Below, in pieces: positions 10,201 to 18,398 of a stretch of DNA of 64,000 nucleotides. The stretch is from the IMG/VR virus record IMGVR_UViG_3300042888_001941, positions 1 through 64,000 of that record; one strand, 5' to 3'. Made by a program: the position numbers and the translations under genes. The first letter of the stretch is position 1, and the number at the start of each line of letters is the position of its first letter. The stretch comes from a virus. The notes beneath the pieces are model-generated. The model had not been told where the DNA came from, searched no databases, and saw nothing but the letters and a program-made list of their open reading frames with translations.

Positions 10201-11600
10201 GACTTATCATCGTTAGCATCACGAGTCCAAGCATTAGGGACTACGTTTCCGTTAAGGTCCTTATCGCTTAGTGGGCGAGGTGCAGGACGCTGTGCGTCAA
10301 ACTTCTTGTTCTCTTCAGCACGCTGCTGCTGAGTCCTAGCAATATCTTTAAAGTCAACAACATCTTCTTCAGTAGCTCCAGGAATTCTTGCAAGAGGAAG
10401 CTCGCCGCTTTCTTCTTCAAGGCGAGCAATCTCCTTGTCAAACTCTGGCTGATCCTTTTCAATAAGCGCATTAGCCTCGGCCCAGTTGCGAGCATTTCCA
10501 ACTGTGCCTGCTGGGCGTCCGTCCGCATTGAGACGTGTAACAGATTGTGGTTGACCGTTTGGTCCAGGGATAACTGCGTAGTTATCGTCTGATACATAGT
10601 AAGGACCTTGCTTCTTCCAACCAATTGGTAGTTCTTTGCGAGCGCCAGATAGGTCTGAAACTGAAGGGATGTCCTGGTCAAACTGATCTTTAAATGATGG
10701 CTCCTCTGGAGCTTCCATTCCTGGAATACGTGCTTGGTACACTGCGGCATTGCTACTGCTAACTGGGTACAGTCCAGGTTGAAGTCCAGGTACTCCTGAA
10801 ACTTCAATAAGACCAAATTCAGATGTTAATGATGTACCTGTTGCTGTGCGCTCTACAATACTGTTTGAGCCAGCGCCGACGTAGTTACCACGGGCAACTT
10901 GAATTGAGCCATCAGGCAAACGGAAGCGGAAGTTAATGCCGCGACCCATTTCAACCCACTGGCCAAAACGGTCACGCCACTGTAAAGCAACACGTGCTCT
11001 GCGAGCTGCAGAAGAGTTACCACTGCTAAACGCTGCTGTGATAGCAGTTACGTCATCAATCTTAAAGTACGCAGGGACCGCAGACGCCTGTAATGAGCGA
11101 AGGCGTAGAAACGCGTGCTCACGCTCGATAGACTCAGGCGGAAGCGAGTGGGCCATAGCAACAAGAGGGCGAGCCTCATCTGAGATTGCAGGGTCAGCCG
11201 CAATCCACTCTGCGTACTTCTTGCGAAGGTCCTCACTGGTTAGTGACGCATTAAGAGGAGACAGCGGGTGTCCCTTTGGAAGAAGGTCCGCATGCTTAGT
11301 GCTAACACTTGCAAGAAGAGTCTTTTGATTCAAACTAATAAACTTTGTGACCTCGCGTAGAACTCCGTGATTGCGAGACTCTTCTGGGAGTGATGCAAGC
11401 TCCTTCATCGCGCGAGCCATAACAATCAACGCAGCGCGTGGTGTTACATGACGCTCAGGTAGTGCTGTCTCATTGGCTGCGTGAACAAGCGAAAGGACCT
11501 GGTCGTTAAGAGCCTTTTCGCTCTTAGCCTTTGCCTTTGCTGACTGCGCAACCTTACGATTAGAGTTGCGGTCAATCATTCTGTTGATTGGTGAGTCCAT
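4290..11600 (-). CDS. Giant acidic head-module protein (2436 aa) with GNAT-like and C-terminal HipA/PI3-PI4-kinase-like domains
   Basis: Kinase-like motifs FFVKEE, SEVEAN, EDRHDANW, IFPIDHG. GNAT-like NEILRI..KKKGFASAY..GIEKVKVFA..GAFVWALNGF. SH3-like segment and internal repeats. Lies between portal and protease. Confidence 0.75.
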   Translation of the reverse strand: MDSPINRMIDRNSNRKVAQSAKAKAKSEKALNDQVLSLVHAANETALPERHVTPRAALIVMARAMKELASLPEESRNHGVLREVTKFISLNQKTLLASVSTKHADLLPKGHPLSPLNASLTSEDLRKKYAEWIAADPAISDEARPLVAMAHSLPPESIEREHAFLRLRSLQASAVPAYFKIDDVTAITAAFSSGNSSAARRARVALQWRDRFGQWVEMGRGINFRFRLPDGSIQVARGNYVGAGSNSIVERTATGTSLTSEFGLIEVSGVPGLQPGLYPVSSSNAAVYQARIPGMEAPEEPSFKDQFDQDIPSVSDLSGARKELPIGWKKQGPYYVSDDNYAVIPGPNGQPQSVTRLNADGRPAGTVGNARNWAEANALIEKDQPEFDKEIARLEEESGELPLARIPGATEEDVVDFKDIARTQQQRAEENKKFDAQRPAPRPLSDKDLNGNVVPNAWTRDANDDKSYTREMPLRDGGTYPIIARLNDDGTYIAGHSGGWIPAEGTDGRGPSRRFESWDEIDNQGVPGLVDYLNDTFTKDNPIVRDKDAVMYYVDEDGNRVPGAAPQTEPTTPEQVKKAEQDLRRNMEKNLPPREFPQEPRDDRYDARVVTEDFVEIDKSTLDALNKKMREDSTGEYNMEGVTFAPDNYGNVVMYPDGWEPGDKIIGRIEDDGGIDWESDEQYDKYAEKVNEALRGIGNATSVESKNYKVDFDALRDEETLEQIGLDPDGDYENSEILDAWLKANSLDGRVKVKLLTDGYGGPESVLEIPEDAKADFVKAYGDFEEGVTFQDLIDDGMIEEAKGSSGPGERYTVDFETLGSSDMFEDIPGLEDEDPTEMTEQEALAKWLEGKGLDKLGVKVVSTSEDGLTKRVTFDIPTDAKDAFNEAYGLDLDENLGDGVDKVGGPGEPPSGSGPVDTSRGIWGSTNSIEKPDGKEYDIILAEMDDLWDDEKTIMQHIVDQANDLGIYVDLSPQQTGLAFGDERVVRFTFPEKTVSEELARKLIGDGPDSNEDGILMSRLSTQEDWEEALQDITGSGPDEPPSPGGGTLPKAPSPSTPGSPALFGDFDKPAGAYQLRTTEYEPEGRIDEESTDFTDDPRRLATKFSLSDLVAAFTQALIGRPNDDAMQDILDANVGDDDDLPDLADLEDVTNAPARRAGEVSGTGSGALEFNAGEEFVLAEALYNAVYEAGGDPNRVIANAYDAVNGNRNNVRKLLDAQGGVSSPEDVQLIEDMTDEIRQIKEADPDDESPAYKRSESEKKITGSLIENVPVDYDNPDYFDMDTDPYIPSVPDIDENGYTDNPRILAADYNPADLIDQMLDAITDGSGVALLDFGGDAGVAEVPAEALRDALQLLNINTNEILFNLRDESNDMSEEEAIKRLSREDIRWDAQKGLYTDVNGEVLDGDAVDAAGLDSSLVDAPDPDIRLLNPEEPPAPATEAAPGSSVEFAPFSDALADINEEDPSTSPQTVLMLDDAANALVGIFSNGMSPDVKFIAYNPNNGILLVQTAETDLEDAKVISIHPNGGAVSLESDADWFLSPGGRAYGWTELPEGVAQAIRQEVALRSPNATPAPAAPAPAAPATEAPASTFVYPGAREAGYSVNNTTLASDGSVVGAGSIVTANRDGKRGTVVSIQNDPEYVRIKFDDGKVAVRSANQIKAVSNPDGSLATAPSGSLAPSPATPSTDVESRLDAPIRPAPNVARSGAAWGINDTSEIPDNIKPLVQEGVVQSDFSAWGDRDAEIAKAATTRASFESLAAALKAVADASDSRDVQAKINADKALNEIVKDIFGSRQGVSFGSEGFSINATSVRSYVRSDAQERQSGKERYSLSIGFLVEKNGREVGDGTRSMSIEVTTDAQGNKTYEATVKNEILRIAGGNKKKGFASAYNRYMENWYIANGIEKVKVFAAGGGSWQGAFVWALNGFNWQDQYIAADVIGLLKRRARTPEEKALVEKLNQKLAASGGDLNSLPTPLEVALVGWYPGAENWLGKEVLIQKPWDGVKHLTPDAREQKQAVNYNQIKNAERRIKAGQNKPNMSANALAQVMDNAFQADNPELGPHMEAIRDALRNNRPLGFLSPAAKAALNSYVSKQLLDKDSKMPMDDLFRLRTGLDAEYRADYDFADPFGGIGEALTDFSVDDFLDNSEALQAAGFTATPLGKYESGQNTTFKVIHKQSGQVFFVKEENLSREWNGVRGLTSEVEANVVLNALGLHGIPDVRASRENLDVFIMSEAGATLPISASPVNAEKMFYDGVVNPEAGNRFFGNNGTFVDMLSNPEDILSMAIIDMLGDSEDRHDANWMVAFDNATNKLRIFPIDHGLINIDTDDDSIASFLGRNWPSAGDVYQSAIPRLIDTAGEARTKEMFLNQVDKLITNLDNPLFQPKGEELAAIIEKWGSYNAFKDAMKERLARIATPGTAENDALAKSMKRNYWKR

Positions 11601-11602
11601 GG

Positions 11603-13429
11603 TTATTCTCCTGTTGCCTTTCTTTGCTTCTTTGGCAGGAGGTCTGCATCTTTGCTTTCATAGAGTTTTGTTGCTAGTTCGTACGCTCGTGAGAAAGGCA
11701 CATCGCCGTCACGGACGCCACGTAACCAGGCGCCTCGTAGGGCTGGGATCACTTCGTATCCCATACCTGAATATTCAGCCATAGAAAAAATTGCGTGCTC
11801 TGGTGAGCCATACTCGTCCGCAGACTTAAGCGCAACCTGGAGAAGTTCATGCTGTAGAACAGCTGCCTCTCCACGAGATGACTTAGGGTGAGCCTTAGGT
11901 AGCAAATCATTGTCCTGCTTGTAATTTGGATTTGCTGGGCGGCCGCTCTTAAGAAGCTTAAGGAATGCGTTAACACGCGCCATTGCCCACTGGTCACGAG
12001 TCTTACCTGGTCTGTGACTTGATGAGAACGCTCCAGCGCCGCGGCGGTATACTGCCTTCAGCATTGGAAGTGTTGCCTTACGTCCAGCCTTTGAGTTCTT
12101 GTTGTGCTCTTCAACCTTATTGCGAAGAGCTGTTTCTACCTTGTCGGAGAAAACAATTTTCTTTGAGCCTGCGGCAGATCCTGGCTTGTTTCTCTTTGAG
12201 CCGTAGATACGGTCCTTCTTGGGAGCGCGGCGTGATGCTGCAAGCTCTGCGTCAGAGTCGTCTGCTGCATTAACAGGGACACAGTTAGGAACCATGTTTC
12301 CCTTCTTGCCCTTCTTCATACCGACCTGCTTGTAACCGTCCCAGCAAGGACTCTTACCAGCTGCAATTAAAGCGTCGTATTCGTGAGCGCTAAGCTCATC
12401 AAAAGGCTCGTCAAAATTAACTGCACTTGCAGTAATCTGGTCGTCCTCAACCTTAACAACGCCGTCAGGGATCACCGCGAAGCGGCACTTGCCGTCGTCT
12501 TCAATAGGCTGTGCAATAATCTTGCAAACGCCAGGACCTTCATACAAAACGCAGTTGATGCACTTAACACCAATATCCTTGACATCGTTCTCAGCCGGAG
12601 GAGTGTACCCAGCCCAGATACCTGTGCGGTCCTCGTTAAACTTTCCGTACTTCTCTGCAATCTCTAAAAGAGCCTTTGCTAAATCTTGCTCCTCGGCAAC
12701 AATAATTCCTGCTGCCATAAGTGCTTCTTGCTGCTCTGCTTGAAAGTCTTCGTACACATCCATACCAACGTGGCAGTGATGGCATGGGCAATCCTCGTCA
12801 CAGAGACAAACGCCACCATCGCTTGACGGACACATACACTCGCCATATCCACAGAGCGGGCAACCATTTGCATCGTCCATGAGCTGCTCAACAACAGGCA
12901 GGACTTCATCAGTCATGTCTGCGTCTAAAGGTTGAACAGCGTCAGATTTTCCCAATGCGTCAGCGCGCTGTGGAGATAAGAAAGATGTTAACTTCCAGCG
13001 TAGCTTCTTATGCTCGTCATCACGGCCCGCGAGGTAATCTGCAATACCTTGCTCGTCAAGATCCGAAGCGATCTTAAACGCGACGTTGATTGACTCAATA
13101 AGAATGTTGTTTGCCTCTAGCAAATCCTGACACATAAGCATCGCATCAGAGCCAACCTCCATGTCGGACATGTTGGACAAGTTTGCAAAGTCTGAAAGCT
13201 TGTAAGGAGCGAGCGCGCCTATCTTGCGGATGTTCTCTGCAACAGGGTCAAACTGCGCGAAGGCGTCTTCGTAGATGTCACTAAAGAAGTCATGAAACTG
13301 TGAGAAGTCACGGCCCATAACATTCCAGTGGTGTCCGTGTGCCTTGGTGTAGAAAACAACGTTGTTACCCAGAAGACGAGCAAGAGCTTCTACAAGCTCT
13401 GGCTTTTCTACACGCATGTTGTGATTCAT
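11603..13429 (-). CDS. Dps/ferritin-like domain fused to Cys-rich, HiPIP-like and other small head-associated domains
   Basis: N-terminal Dps signature YTKAHGHHWNVMG.DF.QFH.FF..IYE..D.VAE.IR..G, then CPLC..CMC..CLC..CPCHHCH, CINC..C..C, CWDGYKQVGMK..VPNCVP and VYRRG..HRPG..QWAMARVN. Confidence 0.85.
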   Translation of the reverse strand: MNHNMRVEKPELVEALARLLGNNVVFYTKAHGHHWNVMGRDFSQFHDFFSDIYEDAFAQFDPVAENIRKIGALAPYKLSDFANLSNMSDMEVGSDAMLMCQDLLEANNILIESINVAFKIASDLDEQGIADYLAGRDDEHKKLRWKLTSFLSPQRADALGKSDAVQPLDADMTDEVLPVVEQLMDDANGCPLCGYGECMCPSSDGGVCLCDEDCPCHHCHVGMDVYEDFQAEQQEALMAAGIIVAEEQDLAKALLEIAEKYGKFNEDRTGIWAGYTPPAENDVKDIGVKCINCVLYEGPGVCKIIAQPIEDDGKCRFAVIPDGVVKVEDDQITASAVNFDEPFDELSAHEYDALIAAGKSPCWDGYKQVGMKKGKKGNMVPNCVPVNAADDSDAELAASRRAPKKDRIYGSKRNKPGSAAGSKKIVFSDKVETALRNKVEEHNKNSKAGRKATLPMLKAVYRRGAGAFSSSHRPGKTRDQWAMARVNAFLKLLKSGRPANPNYKQDNDLLPKAHPKSSRGEAAVLQHELLQVALKSADEYGSPEHAIFSMAEYSGMGYEVIPALRGAWLRGVRDGDVPFSRAYELATKLYESKDADLLPKKQRKATGE

Positions 13430-13431
13430 CC

Positions 13432-15180
13432 TTATGCTCCTTCTACTGCCTTGTCAATAAGTCCAGAAATTTCATCTTCTGCGGGTGCAGGTGTAGGCTC
13501 TGCAGCTGGTGTAGGCGCTGGGGCTGGTGCACCTTGCTGCTCAAGAATCTGCTGTACCTCGGGAGGAACTGGCGCTACAGAGTCTGCCTGCTGCGCATCA
13601 CGAACAGACTGCATTACGTCTGGAGCAATCGCCGCAATCATCGCCTGAGTAAGCTCTGGAGAGATAGCGCCCTTTTCAATCATCATGCGGATTGCAATTT
13701 CCTTAGCGTCTGGAGCGTCCTGATTTGAGAATCCGTGAGCGCGACGCCATGTCTCATAAGAAATGGCCATCTTCTCAAAGCCTGAGTCAGCATCAGCTGC
13801 GCGGTCATTGCGAGTAGCAACCTGTGAAGGGTCGTACCAAACAACAATCTTCTTTACATCTTCTTCGCTAAAGCCAGAAGAGATAAGCGCTGGGCGTAGG
13901 TAAACAACTGTGAGTGCGTCAGCAATCAAAAGCATCAACGGTTCAATGTGAGCCTTGTATAAAGACTCGTCAATCTGCAGAGCGTTAGAGTACTTAACGT
14001 TTGCTAGCCCTGTAACAATATCCTTAGGAACGTCAAGTCCCTGGAGAATACGCTCGAGGACTCGATCTGCACGTTGTGCAAGCGCTGGGTCAAATGAGCG
14101 TTCAAACTTGAACTGCTTAATTTTGTCGCCAAGCTCTGCAGGTCCGCGAATAATAAGTGGAACAACCGCGCTGGCTGAGTCCTCATCACGAATCGGAGTC
14201 GTCATCGCGTCAATGAGCTGATCCTCAAACTCGTCCTCTGCCTCTTCAACAGTAAGACCTGGATTGAGATCATTCTCATCATCGTATGGATAGTCTGGGT
14301 CTGGAGATGCAGCAACGCTTAAACCGTCTGGTAAGTAGAGAGCTCCTGCGTTAAGTCGTGAGCGAGTTGTCGCGCGGAACGTGCGGTTGAGCAAAAGCAG
14401 CTCTGCGCAAAGATCTAGGAGACCGCGTAAGCTTGAGTCTGCCTCTTCAGAGTAACGTGGGTGTGAACGCCAGATGCGTCCAACAAATGAGCTCTTTGGG
14501 AGTTGAACAACACTCTGTCCAGTGCGTCCGCCGGTTGATAAATCACGGCGTGGAACAATTACATAGTTGTTTCTTGCGTCAAGTTGTAGCTCGTCTGTAG
14601 ATCTAATATCCCATGACTCTGGAACGCCAGTGCCTGGGCGAGCTGGAGACTGAACAAGATAGCACTCGCCAGAAACTACAAGGTTAAGAGCTGCATCCTT
14701 TAGAAGACCAGCTTGTCCACCGTTCGTGGAGTCTAAGCGCGCAAGTGCACGCTCGGCTGCTGCCGCTAAGCGTTCGTCAACAACTTTGCTGCTGTTAACA
14801 CTTACTGGAGACTCAGCAGGGTTGTCAACTGCTGCCGCGTATAAACGAATACGTGAAACAACAGATCCAACCAAGTTAAATGCATACTTGATTTCTCCGA
14901 TAGCGTCGTAGTACTCCCACGCTTCGCCTTGCCAGTCAGCGGACCCTCCGGCACGGCGCTGCTTGAAGTATTCAACCTCGCCCTTGTCATTGAGTTTCAT
15001 CTGAACTGCAGCCGCGGTCATTGCTCGCGGAGTTGAGTATGCTACCGCCTGTGCGGAGTTAATCATTGGATCAATATTAAATGACGTAGGAGCCTGTGGT
15101 GGGGTGACGCGCTGCGCTGCTCTTCGCTGCGCACGGTTACCGCTAGGACGTGAATTGTTATCACGCTTAAATACAGCCAC
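13432..15180 (-). CDS. Portal protein (actinophage type)
   Basis: 582 aa. WQ.EAWEYYD.IGE..YA..SR.RL, GECYLV, RSRL..G.L..P and GLDVP..IVTG motifs; position between terminase and protease. Confidence 0.8.
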   Translation of the reverse strand: MAVFKRDNNSRPSGNRAQRRAAQRVTPPQAPTSFNIDPMINSAQAVAYSTPRAMTAAAVQMKLNDKGEVEYFKQRRAGGSADWQGEAWEYYDAIGEIKYAFNLVGSVVSRIRLYAAAVDNPAESPVSVNSSKVVDERLAAAAERALARLDSTNGGQAGLLKDAALNLVVSGECYLVQSPARPGTGVPESWDIRSTDELQLDARNNYVIVPRRDLSTGGRTGQSVVQLPKSSFVGRIWRSHPRYSEEADSSLRGLLDLCAELLLLNRTFRATTRSRLNAGALYLPDGLSVAASPDPDYPYDDENDLNPGLTVEEAEDEFEDQLIDAMTTPIRDEDSASAVVPLIIRGPAELGDKIKQFKFERSFDPALAQRADRVLERILQGLDVPKDIVTGLANVKYSNALQIDESLYKAHIEPLMLLIADALTVVYLRPALISSGFSEEDVKKIVVWYDPSQVATRNDRAADADSGFEKMAISYETWRRAHGFSNQDAPDAKEIAIRMMIEKGAISPELTQAMIAAIAPDVMQSVRDAQQADSVAPVPPEVQQILEQQGAPAPAPTPAAEPTPAPAEDEISGLIDKAVEGA

Positions 15181-15218
15181 GCTATACTCCTCGTCTTTGG
15201 TTAACGGAGCGCTTAGAG

Positions 15219-15557
15219 TTAATCATCTAAACGCGCGGTTAGAAGGCTGGATACTGCCGATAGGGCAAATATACACCCGATTAGCAAAGTCATAGTTGGA
15301 AAAGCAGCATAAAAAAGTACGACTGGAAGCGCAACCCACATGGACACGCACCACTCGCAAGTAAAGAGGAATCCTAGGTAGCTTGTCTCTGGTGGAAACT
15401 TTTCCCAGAACGCATTACGGAGCGGGGCAAGAACTTCATCCTTAATGATAAGTCGGGTGATTCTAAACACCGCGAGTGCTAAGATGATGAAGTTGATAGC
15501 GGACATCACCTGGAAGTGTTCAAATGGATTGAAGGTGGTCATTTCGGTTAGTGTCAT
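15219..15557 (-). CDS. DUF1360-like membrane protein
   Basis: LALAVFRITRLI..D..LR..LG.LFTC.WC.S.W pattern. Start set at MTLTE, overlapping the upstream stop. Confidence 0.7.
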   Translation of the reverse strand: MTLTEMTTFNPFEHFQVMSAINFIILALAVFRITRLIIKDEVLAPLRNAFWEKFPPETSYLGFLFTCEWCVSMWVALPVVLFYAAFPTMTLLIGCIFALSAVSSLLTARLDD

Positions 15558-15946
15558 GTTGTTGGGTCCTTTACTGAGTCCATCGTTTGGTACGGGCTCC
15601 AGGAGCGAAGGCGTGAGCCGCAATTGCACCCTTTAACGTACTTAAACGCGATGATCTTGCCGGAGCGGGTAAGCGCCTGCGAGTCATCTGATTTATTCCC
15701 AGACCAGTTTAGGTCTTGGAGTCTTTCAGAGAAGATTAGCCGCGGTCCCGTGTGGTGGTCTGCCGCGACTAATAGAACTGAGGATTCGTCGTCCTCTAGG
15801 ACAACAAGGCGTACTTTCTCGAGATAACGAGCGCCAGTATGGATCTTAGAACAAGAGGAAGAGACAAGAACACTTTTGAAGTCATCGGTGATGTCGGGAG
15901 GGACAACCGTGATGTTAGCGGGAAACAGGTCGTGACGTACTCTCAT
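15554..15946 (-). CDS. Hypothetical protein
   Basis: 130 aa; 4-bp overlaps with both neighbours; C-terminal GCNCGSRLRSW. Confidence 0.65.
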   Translation of the reverse strand: MRVRHDLFPANITVVPPDITDDFKSVLVSSSCSKIHTGARYLEKVRLVVLEDDESSVLLVAADHHTGPRLIFSERLQDLNWSGNKSDDSQALTRSGKIIAFKYVKGCNCGSRLRSWSPYQTMDSVKDPTT

Positions 15947-16431
15947 TGAATTGCCTTATCTACACGACGTTTCATCGCGCGATAGGTAACCCCTGACGCA
16001 CGGGCAAGCTCGGACACTGTAACACCCTTAAGAAAGAGCTCTCCTGCTATTACGGTTAATTCATTATTCGCGGTGAAAGAAGCAGACGTGACGGTTGTTC
16101 GTGAGCGGTAACGCCGAGCAAGAGGCGACAGCCGCGCAATGCGCAACTGCTCATCATGTGGAATACCTGGGCTCTTTGGACGTTGTCTTACAGAGCGAGG
16201 CTTCTTCACAGGAGGCGTAGGGGTCGCGGTGATAAACTCGTGGCGAGTGACTTCTTTAATAACCCAGGAGCGAATCGTGCTTCGTCTGCGCGGCGGGTTA
16301 AACGCATCAGCAATAGACTGCAATGTCCAGCCAGCCTCGTGTAGATCTTGGACGCGGCTCCACAATTGATCCTTCACAAGCGTGGCAAGGAACTCTTGCT
16401 CACTCTTTGGAAGATCGGGTGTATGCGCCAT
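15943..16431 (-). CDS. Tandem HTH DNA-binding protein (paralog 1)
   Basis: GWTLQSIADA and GVTVSELARASGVTYRAM. Leaderless start with TATAGT 6 nt upstream. Confidence 0.7.
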   Translation of the reverse strand: MAHTPDLPKSEQEFLATLVKDQLWSRVQDLHEAGWTLQSIADAFNPPRRRSTIRSWVIKEVTRHEFITATPTPPVKKPRSVRQRPKSPGIPHDEQLRIARLSPLARRYRSRTTVTSASFTANNELTVIAGELFLKGVTVSELARASGVTYRAMKRRVDKAIQ

Positions 16432-16669
16432 AGTGAAACTATATCATCTTCGAAGACGTTTATGTACAAATTGCGGTGATAAGATGATGTACAATTCGAA
16501 GAATCGGTACCTTAAGGTTAAGTGCCTTGGACGTGAGAATGGGTAGCTGTATACGAGAGGCGCTTTCCAATGTGTCTCGAGCGTTTTTTCTACATAATAT
16601 ATTTTTTCTACTTTGCAGGAAAATAAAAGAAGACCACCTGCTATGAGGTGGCCTTCTTTCTTTAAGAAT

Positions 16670-17110
16670 TTATACGATTGGATTTACGTTTGGATCTCCA
16701 GCAAAGATAGCTAGGAATGTATCAGTGTCTACTGACTTGTCAGTGACGCCCATTCCTCTGTCCTGTTGGAACGCGTTAACTGACATCATGGTGAGTTCAC
16801 CTAGCCAGCCATCACGATCTCCAACAACATCCTTATAGCCAAGCTCTTCAAGGCGACGTTGTAGATGATGAATGGTTAGAGACTTGCGCTCGAACTTATT
16901 CTCATATACACACTTGCTAAGAAGGACTTCATCCACGTCGCCAGTAACTGCAGCGTTAGCTACAGGCATTGGCGCAGGTGGCTCTACAGGAGCTGGTACT
17001 GGTTCAGGTTGAGGCTCAGGCTCTGCAACAGGCGTAGGTTCTTCTACTACTACCGCAGGTACTTCCTCTACCGTAACCGCAGGGGTTTCGATGTTTTCAA
17101 TATCTTCCAT
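16670..17110 (-). CDS. Peptidoglycan-binding-domain protein with Pro/Glu-rich N-terminus
   Basis: LQRRLEELGY..DG.LG..T..SV.AFQ...G PGBD pattern. Confidence 0.7.
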   Translation of the reverse strand: MEDIENIETPAVTVEEVPAVVVEEPTPVAEPEPQPEPVPAPVEPPAPMPVANAAVTGDVDEVLLSKCVYENKFERKSLTIHHLQRRLEELGYKDVVGDRDGWLGELTMMSVNAFQQDRGMGVTDKSVDTDTFLAIFAGDPNVNPIV

Positions 17111-17125
17111 AGGCTTATCTTAATC

Positions 17126-17707
17126 CTAATCTTTTGTTGTTGACTTAGGGAATTTCTTTTCCCATTTGGTAATGAGATGCTCACCCGGAGTTCCATCGTA
17201 AGCATTAGGCCCTAAGCCCCATGATGACCAGTCCGTACCGCCTCGTGTCATGTAGTGCACAATCTGAACGTTAGTAACTGGGTCGAACAGATCCGTATGC
17301 TTTAGTACACCGAACTTCTCATTAAATAGAGCAAGACGGTCTTTGCCTAAGCTACCGATCATGTTAATTTGGAAAATACCGTATGAGTTATCACCGGTGC
17401 TTACCGTATCGTTGTGAGCTACTGGACGGCCGTTAGATTCCTTCATGGCGACAGCCCAGGCAGTCCGCAAGGACTTGCCCTTGAAGCCTACCGTAGACAT
17501 GAGCTCGATGAGCTCGTCATTGGTAAGCGTCTTTGCGCCTCTGAACTTGTCCAGAGGATCTACTACCTTTACCGCTTTAGCTTTAGCTACCGCGGGTTTT
17601 GTTTGGGTTGCATTAGCAGCTGTAGTAGCTACCGCAGCAACTCCGATTGTTAGAGCCGTAATATAGGCTACGGTCGACATTGCTATGGCACGTGTTGTGA
17701 TTTGCAA
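17126..17707 (-). CDS. Secreted lytic transglycosylase/lysozyme-like protein
   Basis: Signal peptide; AVAMKESNG (catalytic Glu), SYGIFQIN, LFDPVTN, DWSSW; SD AAGGAGG upstream. Confidence 0.8.
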   Translation of the reverse strand: MQITTRAIAMSTVAYITALTIGVAAVATTAANATQTKPAVAKAKAVKVVDPLDKFRGAKTLTNDELIELMSTVGFKGKSLRTAWAVAMKESNGRPVAHNDTVSTGDNSYGIFQINMIGSLGKDRLALFNEKFGVLKHTDLFDPVTNVQIVHYMTRGGTDWSSWGLGPNAYDGTPGEHLITKWEKKFPKSTTKD

Positions 17708-17950
17708 CGCTAGTTCGCCTCCTTAGGTCGGGGATGGGACAACCCAATGCTGACTGCTCATTGAGCTTCTTGCTACCGCTATGCTCCTCAGACTTTAGTC
17801 TGTCCTCTACCGCTTGCATAGGGCCGGAGATAAGAAGGGATAACATTGTTAGTCCTCCGTCTCTCCGTAGTAGGTTTGTACCTGGTGATAACTATACCAT
17901 AGTTAAAATGAAACAGGCACCCGTAGGTGCCTGTCCCACTGTAATTTGTG

Positions 17951-18121
17951 TTACTCCTTCATAGAGAGGAGCGCCGTTGACACTGAGGCTAAGCCTAGGG
18001 CCATGATTAGTTCCCCGTTCTCTGGGGCAGTGAGCGCCGTAATAACGGCAAGTATCGCTAGGCCTAAGGAAGATAGAGCTAGCCAGGCGACCTCACGTAG
18101 GTAATTTAGGATATTACCCAT
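17951..18121 (-). CDS. Small two-TM membrane protein (56 aa)
   Basis: My translation: MGNILNYLREVAWLALSSLGLAILAVITAL...; fills the gap below the ORF-track cutoff. Confidence 0.55.
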   Translation of the reverse strand: MGNILNYLREVAWLALSSLGLAILAVITALTAPENGELIMALGLASVSTALLSMKE

Positions 18122-18123
18122 TG

Positions 18124-18303
18124 TTACTTAGCCTTACGGGTTTTACCCTTAAGTCTATCGGAGGTATTGCGGATAGGTGTCCCTGAGTCCGCGATGAGCT
18201 TACGAGCCTTACCGTAGGTAATTCCTAGCTCCTGTGCTACCTCGACTACTGATTTACCTGCTGTATAAAGTGATGCTGCTTGTACTGGTGTCGCTGTTGA
18301 CAT
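18124..18303 (-). CDS. Small HTH protein (59 aa)
   Basis: My translation: LYTAGKSVVEVAQELGITYGKARKLI..SG.PIR; SD GAGAGG. Confidence 0.7.
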   Translation of the reverse strand: MSTATPVQAASLYTAGKSVVEVAQELGITYGKARKLIADSGTPIRNTSDRLKGKTRKAK

Positions 18304-18398
18304 CGGTATTCCTCTCTTCGTTGTTTGATTTGTGCTGGTAGTTCTAAGCTAGTGAGCGCACAATCGACTCACCCGCTTCTGTAAGCAGATGGTACTGC

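Noticed and set aside
17708-17850. Canonical c-di-AMP (ydaO) riboswitch
   Set aside because: The gene context fits, but I could not find the conserved sequence blocks I recall for that family.
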